From assembly GCA_951406725.2 (NCBI GenBank), contig OX597815.1, positions 7,688,001 through 7,752,000 of the forward strand: a DNA stretch of 64,000 nt, read 5' to 3'. The DNA comes from Octopus vulgaris (lineage: Eukaryota). The notes under the pieces are model-generated. The model was not told the DNA's origin. It was given only the letters and a program-made list of their open reading frames with translations, and ran no database searches. Position 1 is the stretch's first letter, and every line of letters begins with the position of its first letter. Positions 54,901 to 64,000 of this stretch are shown in pieces. A program made the translations under genes and the position numbers.

Positions 54901-56602
54901 GAAAGGTTAGTTGAGATCCTTTGAGCTTCGTCTCATCTCCCGCAATGTTTATACCTCCTCTACACCTTCCATCCTCATCCCTATGGCATTCGTTGAATCC
55001 CCAACCAAAGTTACACCCACAGCTGACAGCCACAGCTCAGAGATTTGAGGATAGCTGGTCTACTGTCTTGCTCTTCTTATTGCTAGCGCTCCTACCACCC
55101 ACAACTGCTGAGAGAGGTACATTCGGACAATTGCATAAGATTACATTTATATTGTGTTATCTTTTGATAATGTTCATTTTATATATGTATAAAAACGTAG
55201 GAATGGCTGTGTGGTAAATAGCTTGCTTACGAGCCGCATGGTTCCGGGTTCAGTCCCACTGTGTGGCACCTTGGGCAAGTGTCTTCTACTATAGCATCGG
55301 GCCGACCAAAGCCTTGTGAGTGGATTTGGTAGACGGAAACTGAAAGAAGACCGTCGTGTATATGTATATAAATATGTATGTGTGTGTATATGTTTGCGTG
55401 TCTGTGCTTGTCCCCTCAACATCACTTGACAATCGATGCTGGTGTGTTTACGTCCCTGTAACTTAGCGGTTCGGCAAAAGAGACCGATAGAATAAGTACT
55501 AGGCTTACAAAGAAATTAGTCCTGGGGTTGATTTGCTCGACTAAAGGCGGTGCTCCAGCATGGCCGCAGTCAAATGTCTGAAACAAACAAAAGAATAAAA
55601 GAATAGAAAATACTTTAATAATATAATAATTTCATAGCGTCCCCCAATCCAATGGCCTTCTCCCAATGCCTCCTTTTTCTCTACCATCCCCTTAGGCACC
55701 AGCGCTCACCTGGACCCTCTCAACGCCTACCGTAGGACGGTAGTGCCCACTTTGAGAACCTATGGTCGAAGGGATAATAGTATCCGTTCTTTCTATCGGC
55801 ATCAGTTATCTCATGTACTATACCGAATGTTTTATGAAGATGAATATCATTTTCGGAATTTCTTTCGTAAGCAACGACTACATTGGAAGCGGAAACGGCC
55901 GTAAGAAATGTTATGTCATGTTTTGTATTAAAAAATAATCAACCGATGTTGGTCAATTTGTTTGTTTGTTGATCAAATTTTTTTTCCATTTTCTGATTAT
56001 TTCAATTTATATATATTTGTGTGTGTGTGTGTGTTTGTCCCCACTCTCGCCATCGCTTGACAACCGATGTTGATGTATTTATCTCCCCATAACCTAGCGG
56101 TTTGGAAAACAGACCGATAGAATAAGTACTAGACTTACAACGAATAAGTCTTGCGGTCGATTTCTTCGACTAAAAACCTTGAAGGCGATGCTCCAGTGCT
56201 CCAGCATGGCCGCACTCAAATGACTGAAACAAGTAAAAGAATAAAAGAATATATATATATGGGAGTTTTGTCCGAGGAGGTTTTGTCCTGGGGGGCTTTT
56301 GTCCTACACGCGGTCGTTTGTTATGTCGACGCTGCACGCCAGAGAGGCTGAAAGGTAAATTATATGAAATAACCTGGGAGTTATTCAAGGGGTTATAAAA
56401 GGTAGTGGTTATGCTGTGGTAATATCAACCTCTTTTTATACAATGCAACATAACTGCTGACTATGCTGGAGTATTTTGTGAAGTTACTCTTAAAAAAAAT
56501 TCAGGTGTAAATGGAAGGACGTCCCACACATCACAAGTGAGGAGTATGGTGCTGTACTTCTATAGACATGTTATATGCGTTTGTCTCTGTGTATGAATAT
56601 GA

Positions 56603-56633
<31 letters not shown>

Positions 56634-57146
56634 CGCACACACACACACACACATACACACACACACACACACACATACACACATACACACACACAAACAC
56701 AAACATACACACATACGCTTGGTAGAACAAACTGGATAAATAGATCTCAATATATGAGTATATGCATTTTATTATTTTGAATAGACAGAAAGTTACTCAA
56801 CGGGAAATAGTTTCGTGCATAGCACTCATCAAAGTGTGTGTGTGTGTGTTGTGTGTGTGTATGTGTGTGTATGTGTGTATGTGTGCATTTATGTATGTAT
56901 GTATGTATGTATTTCTTTACTACCCACAAGGAGCTAAACACAGAGAGGGGAGAAACAAGGACAGCCAAACGGATTAAGTCGATTATATCGACCCCAGTGC
57001 GTAACTGGTACTTAATTTATCGATCCCTGAAAGGATGAAAGGCAAAGTCGACCTCGGCGGAATTTGAACTCAGAACGTAACGTCAGACGAAATACGGCTA
57101 CGCATTTCGCCGGGCGTGCTAACGTTTCTGCCAGCTCGCCGCCTTC

Positions 57147-57177
<31 letters not shown>

Positions 57178-58682
57178 TGTATGTATGTATGTATGTATGT
57201 ATGTATGTATGTATGTATGTATGTATGTATGTATATATGTATGTATGTATGTATGTATCTCTTAGCTTCTCAAACGACTCAGCTTCTTGCCATTTCCGGT
57301 GGTGTGTGCCTGGTTGTTGCCATTTCCGCTGGCATAGAACCACTTATAATTTCCACTGTTGTTTTTTTATCATTGATTGATTTTGTTACTGTTGCTATTT
57401 TTTATTATTTCGTTGATATCATTATTGTTGTTATCGTTGTTGTTCAGCCCTGGGTCATTCCCAATCAAGCAGGCAAAATGATAACATCTATGACCATCTC
57501 GTCCCTTTCTATATGCACATGAGTGCAAATATATTTACGCGCACAGCCACAAATAAATATATATATCTTGAAATATATTATCTAATACGTCCTTATTACA
57601 AGATGATCTGATTACGGCGATGCGCACATATAACTCCCATCACCACAGTGAAAGACTATTCACTCCCGGTACATATCTATCGTATCTATGGAACATCAAA
57701 ATTGCACAAACAAAACAATGATTTCTCAGATATGCACACCAACAGAGGATATCGTCGAAAGACTGGAAAACCTAATTACACAATACACACCGGAGATATA
57801 CAGAATATGATTATTCAAAGATTTGTTTGAGATCTTAGAAGAAACTATGGACTCGAGGAACAGCTCCACCTTTATACGCAGGAAATCTGTTTACCAATGC
57901 TTCTGCGGAAGAACTAATAGAAATCGCATGAAATAACGCATTTGAACATCCAATAATAAAACTACTTGTTAAACCGCAACTAAAATACTACAGGAATTAC
58001 AAACGTATTGTAGAAAACATCATCATCATCATTGTTCGACCGTGGTCGGGACAACGGAATTTACCATGTTACGCCAGACTTCACAGTCCATCATGGCATT
58101 ACGGAGGTCCTGTTGCTGGATGCCTGTATCCCTGGAGATTACAGAACTACCATTTCGCTCTGAGAAGCCATGGTTTCTCACTTAGGACCACATTTGCAAC
58201 GTTCTATGTGGCGACAATAAAAAATAAGGGGTAATAAGGATATACTTTCTAGAACAGACAGACTGGAGAAGGTAGAGAAATCAAAGCAATCCCTTGAAAA
58301 CTGCTTTACAACAGAATTTTAAATTCCAGGAAACAAACAAATCCTAGCAATGAATGACTTAATTTCTAGATATAATTATTCAGATAGAATAAACCACACA
58401 TACAGGGTGAAAAATTAGTTGAGATCCTTTGAGCTTCGTCTCATCTCCCTCAATGTTTATACCTCCTCTACACCTTCCCTCCTCATCTCTATGGCATTCG
58501 TTGAATCCCCAACCAAAGTTACACCCACAGATGACAGCCACAGCTCAGAGATTTGAGGATAGCTGGTCTATTGTCTTGCTCTTCTTATTGCTAGCGCTCC
58601 TACCACCCACAGCTGCTGAGAGAGGTACATTCGGGCAATTGCATAAGATTACATTTATATTGTGTTATCTTTTGATAATGTT

Positions 58683-58760
<78 letters not shown>

Positions 58761-60105
58761 CGTAGGAGTGGCTGTGTGGTAAGTAGCTTGCATACGAACC
58801 GTATGGTTCCGGGTTCAGTCCCACTGTGTGGCACCTTGGGCAAGTGTCTTCTACTATAGCCTCAGGCCGACCAAAGCCTTGTGAGTGGATTTGGTAGACG
58901 GAAACTGAAAGAAGCCCGTCGTGTATATGTATATAAATATGTATGTATGTGTATATGTTTGCGTGTCTGTGTTTGTCCCCCAGCATCGCTTGACAACCGA
59001 TGCTGGTGTGTTTACGTCCCCGTAACTTAGCGGTTCGGCAAAAGAGACCGATAGAATAAGTACTAGGCTTACAAAGAATATGTCCTGGGGTCGATTTGCT
59101 CTACTAAAGGCGATGCTCCAGCATGGCCACAGTCACATGACTGAAACATGTAAAAGAGTAAAGAGTAAATCTGAACACTCAATTATTGTACCATACCATA
59201 TACTAACACTAATAATACCAATAATATTATTAGCAAACCACAAGCATATAAATTATTGGTCAAGGTGCTAATGTCCAATGCAATTGGTAAAATTCGATTG
59301 CAAACGTAAAAGTTGTAAACTTCATGACTCCAACTGTTATATAGGTTTTACTAATAGAACATTCTATTATTGGTTTACTTACGACAAGAAGCAAATACAC
59401 TGCATTATGCAACAAATCACAAGCCAAAACTTTATACAAAAAGCATTAGTGGACAATACATCTATACTCTACAATACATCTATACTCTACTGATCTCCTC
59501 ACAAAATAAATGTTCAGTAATGGAAGCAGTGTTCACATCACGGCACAGTGATAAAAGAAACACACAGGCAGTGGGTACCAGTCTTAAAAAGTAATAAACT
59601 AATGGCGTATAGATATTATGGTCAAAAATTCGTACTATCTAGATGAAATCACATTGGCCCTGCCTATTATAAAGCGGTAACAACACACCCCAGCATCACC
59701 TTATTCTGAAGATCAAACTGTGAAAATATAAAAAACGTTGATGATGGATTAAAGAAAATTTTCTGCTTCAACGATATTGCAGAAGAACTCAAAGAAAAAA
59801 TGTTAACATCCACATCTTAAACCAAAAGAAAAAAAAACTTGATAAATATAAAACTCGAACATTGTCGTATTTTCAATACGCCATGCGCTCGCGCACACAC
59901 ACACACGCACACGCACTCACTCACTCACTCACAACACACACACACTTGTGTGTGTGTGTGTGTGTGTGTGAACGTGTGTGCATGTGCGTGTGTTTTGGCG
60001 CTCGGAACAGGCTGAGATAAACAGCTTTCAGCTTGAATCTAGAAGTGCATCACTGAACCACCATTTTATGTAAGGAATCTCTGAATCTGTTTCTCCCCAT
60101 CTCTT

Positions 60106-60205
<100 letters not shown>

Positions 60206-60284
60206 GTGTGTGTTTGCTCGCGCGGTATAACGTTTATTTCTGTATGTAAATATGTATATGTATAAGTGAGTGAATGTTCGTATA

Positions 60285-60438
60285 GGTATGTGTGTATGTA
60301 TGTATGTATGTATGTATGTATGTATGTGTGTGTGTGTATGTATGTATGTATGTATGTATGTATGTATGTATGTATGTATGTATGTATGTATGTATGTATG
60401 TATGTATGTATGTATGTATGTATGCATATGTATGTATG

Positions 60439-60474
<36 letters not shown>

Positions 60475-60640
60475 TGTATGTATGTATGTATGTATGTATG
60501 CATGCATGTATGTATGTATGTATGTATACATGCATGCATGTATGTACGTATGTATGTATGTATGTGTGTGTATGTCTATGTATGTATGTATGTATGTATG
60601 TATGTATGTATGTATGTATGTATGTATGTATGTATGTATG
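60285..60640. repeat. (TATG)n microsatellite
   Basis: Direct reading. Confidence 0.97.
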
Positions 60641-61978
60641 TGGCCAACCTCCCTCGCAAAGTCTTCTCCAGAACAATATTTCGTTATTGTTGAGTGGTTA
60701 TTTCATCAGTTCATCACTTCAACTTCTGAAATTATATTACTGACCAGTTTCTAGATGACTGATGAGCATTGGTCGTTACAGACATCAGCATTGCACCACC
60801 ACCACCACCACCAACACCACCACCAACACTACCACCACCACCACCACCACCACCACCAACACCACCACCACCACCACCACCACCACCACCGTCACTGCCG
60901 CCGCCGCCATTACAACATCACAGAACACCACTGCACCAACACCACAACACACCAAATCTTGAGTGATAACAACAAAAGAAAAAAACAAAAATGAAAGATA
61001 GAGAGAAGATAACACAAGATGAAAAAAAAAGTATGAAAGCAGAATACAAAGAGAACCCCCCCCACCAAAAAAAAAAATCAGAACGTGGCCCCCAAAAAAA
61101 ATTAACAAAAAACGACAAGTAAAAAAAAAAAAAAGAATAAGAAAGAAAAGATAAAGAGAGTAAGAATGCGAAGAAAGGAGAGAGAAAATAATGTTTTCCT
61201 TTCTTCTAATGAGTTTCTTTAATAGTTCCAGATATTTCCGATTGACAACAGACGTTGGTTCCGTCTTCATAATCTTTGTGGCTGTGTTTTTATTTTCTTC
61301 AAAGAAGGAAAATAAAAAAACAAATGTTTCACCACCGTTGCCCCCCCTCTTTTTTTTTGTTTTTCTATTGACTCTTTTTTAAAAAAAACTTTTATTGCCT
61401 AACTTTTTCTTTTTTTGTTATTTTTTCAATTCTTTCTTCTTTTCTTCATTTCTTTCTCATCGCTTTCCAACTTTCCTTTTTTCTCCTTTTATTCTTTCAT
61501 TCTTCCTTTTTATAATATATCATTGTTGACGTTGTTGTTATTATACTCTTTGTACTTGTTTCAGTCATTTGACTGCGGCCATGCTGGAGCACCACCTTTT
61601 TAGTCGAGCAATTCGACCCCGGGACTTATTCTTTGTAAGCCCAATGAGCTGAGTTGACCAGAAATTCAAATGGAACCTGAAAACGAGAGAAATTCGTGAT
61701 CACACATTTGATACGTTTAGTGGAAATATAGGCGCATCAGATGCTGCTTAATCCTGGATCAACTCCGATTGAACACATCTACACCATCTCCTCGACTTAG
61801 GACCGAGTTCCGTTCCGACTGACAGGTCGTAAGTCGATCTGGTCGTATGTTGGATTTATATTTTTCAGCACTATCTTTATTCAACCGCAACTGATGGTTG
61901 AAAGCGACTGAGTAAGACATTGGGTAAGAGATTGTTGTCAGATGGTGTTATTAGTTATTGTACGTGCAGCTGACCAAC

Positions 61979-62162
61979 GCCTTGTATCTTTGTTGGAAAC
62001 TGCCTCCCACCTCAGTGGAAGATTTATAATAATCAAAAAATAGAAGATACATACATACATACATACATATGTATGTATGTATGTATGTATGTATCTTCTA
62101 TTTTTTGATTATTATAAATCTTCCACTGAGGTGGGAGGCAGTTTCCAACAAAGATACAAGGC
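61979..62162. repeat. Spacer-less palindrome centred in (TACA)n|(TGTA)n
   Basis: The unique ~68 bp on each side are exact reverse complements; centre catatg at 62066-62071. Confidence 0.93.
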
Positions 62163-62340
62163 TCCATCTTTGGGATGTAGTTAACACAGACAAATTCATA
62201 TTTGGAACTTGAGAAAAAGCTTGCATATTTTTACTGTTCCACTCACTAATTGTACTTGTAATGTATGAATTAGCCGGTCGATTTCTCTTTCTGTAAACCT
62301 CAGTTTATCCAGATTCTCCTTTAAGCATTTACTAACAAAA
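62094..62340 (-). mobile_element. Dong/R4-clade retrotransposon 3' fragment 1
   Basis: KCLKENLDKLRFTEREIDRLIHTLQVQLVSGTVKICKLFLKFQI*, then a 3' UTR; (TACA)n on both sides. Confidence 0.7.
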
Positions 62341-62607
62341 TGTATGTATGTATGTATGTATGTATGTATGTATGTATGTATGTATGTATGTATGTATGTA
62401 TGTATGTATGTATGTATGCATGCATGCGTGTGTGTATGTATGTATGTATGTATGTATGTATGTATGTATGTATGTATGTATGTATGTATGTATGTATGTA
62501 CGTATGTATACCTGCATGCAAACATATATACATGCATGCATGTGTCTATTATGTATATATGTATATATACATGTATGTTTGCATGTATGTATGCATGTAT
62601 ATAGGTA

Positions 62608-62938
62608 TGATTTTTATTTGAGTTCTTCAGAGAGTTCAAGCCAGTTGCTGCTAAGAAAGATCTGAGTTTAGAGAGTTCCCGGTGTTTGTAATTATACGGC
62701 TGACTTGGTTTGTTGGTTGAATTGTCGATGCATACACCCAAGTGTGTGCGTCTATTCTCATACGAATCTCAGATGAAGAATATTGGGAATGTTTTACACA
62801 TCTTCACTGTGCCACTAATAGATTGGTTTAGGAGAATCCACATCAGCTTCTTTAGTTCTTTATCCGTGAAACCGAGTATTTTTAGATTTTTGTGCAAATT
62901 TGATGGTACGTAACCTAATGCACCCGTGACAATTCCTT
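62608..62938 (-). mobile_element. Dong/R4-clade retrotransposon 3' fragment 2
   Basis: IVTGALGYVPSNLHKNLKILGF...SISGTVKMCKTF*, the RLE-clade C-terminal GALG motif; (TACA)n on both sides. Confidence 0.75.
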
Positions 62939-63481
62939 TGTATGTATGTATGTATGTATGTATGTATGTATGTATGTATGTATGTATGTATGTATGTATG
63001 TATGTATGCATGCATGTACGTATGTGTATGGATGCATGCATATATGTATTCAAGTATATATCGTTACTATTATGTCAAACTCTTCTAAGTCCAAATGCGG
63101 CCAAATGTATTTTCTGCAATATTTATTTTTGCTTGCAATAGCCAGTTCTTTTGGTCAGACTATCGTATCTCCAACTCCTTCAGATGCCAAGACATCAAAA
63201 ACTATCAAAGTGTAGTACAACGGTTTTGCTATGGAATAGTGAAACTATTTTTTCGTTCTCTGAAAAAGCAACGCTTTGGACTTACAAAGCAAGATTATGT
63301 ATGTGCATGTATATACGTTTCTATGTTTCAAGTTATATGAGCCACTGTTTTGCACTTAGACATTTGAAGTTCTGCATAGATGCACATTTTCAAGGATACA
63401 TCCTGCGGCTATGCGACGTTTATAAAACTTTCCACAGACCTGGTCAATACTGCATGTTACTACTTGTATCTATGTAGGTAA

Positions 63482-64000
63482 GGCGGCGAGCTGGCAGAGT
63501 CGTTAGCACGCCGGGCGAAATGCGTAGTCGTATTTCGTCTGCCGTTACGTTCTGAGTTCAAATTCCTCCGAGGTCGACTTTGCCTTTCATCCTTTCGGGG
63601 TCGATAAATCAAGTACCAGTTACGCACTGCGGTCGATGTAGTCGACTTAATCCCTTTGTCTGTCCTTGTTTGTCCCCTCTGTGTTTAGCCCCTTGTGGGT
63701 AGTAAAGAAATAGGTATTTCGTCTGCCGATACGTTCTGAGTTCAAATTCCGCCAAGGTCGACTTTGCCTTTCATCCTTTCGGGCCCGATAAATTAAGTAC
63801 CAGTTACGCACTATAATCGACTTAATCCGTTTGTCTGTCCTTGTTTGTCCCCTCTGTGTTTAGCCCCTTGTGGGTAGTAAAGAAATAGGTATTTCGTCTG
63901 CCGATACGTTCTGAGTTCAAATTCCGCCAAGGTCGACTTTGCCGTTCATCCTTTCAGGCCCGATAAATTAAGTACCAGTTACGCACTATAATCGACTTAA
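63482..64000 (+). mobile_element. SINE family B tandem array (at least 3 units, runs off the window)
   Basis: Head ggcggcgagctggcag followed by units joined at gaaata|ggtatttcgtc. Confidence 0.92.

Larger units (their letters stand above)
49917..59168 (+). repeat. Tandem segmental duplication bounded by SINE A copies (49917, 55196, 58761)
   Basis: 50170-51010 matches 55425-56258; 52741-55420 matches 56257-58980; the second unit lacks ~51010-52740. Confidence 0.92.

Noticed and set aside
59700-59735. CTGAAGA...GAAA on the plus strand
   Set aside because: No stem II or stem I and no UH cleavage site; probably chance.

Overview
Eukaryotic, AT-rich, repeat-saturated DNA with no intact protein-coding gene. 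Almost every ORF in the track is a microsatellite translation. The mix of tRNA-derived SINEs, very long (TA)n/(TACA)n/(ATCT)n/(CA)n tracts and Penelope, Dong/R4, Tx1, RTE and CR1 remnants looks like an octopus (coleoid cephalopod) intron or intergenic region; this is inference, not a database match. The window holds three SINE families, non-autonomous Helitrons, hAT, Mutator, Merlin-like and Tc1/mariner relics, and a ~5.3/3.6 kb tandem duplication formed by SINE-SINE unequal crossover. The most striking signal is a dense set of small fold-back (inverted-repeat) elements, many embedded in (TA)n. They carry type I minimal hammerhead-ribozyme motifs with palindromic stem III, as in Penelope-like pLTRs. 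About a dozen full or degenerate motifs are visible. They include a family with a ~60-nt extended stem II showing compensatory changes between copies, and a variant whose core C3-G8 pair is swapped to G3-C8. All calls were made by eye; boundaries of degenerate elements are approximate.
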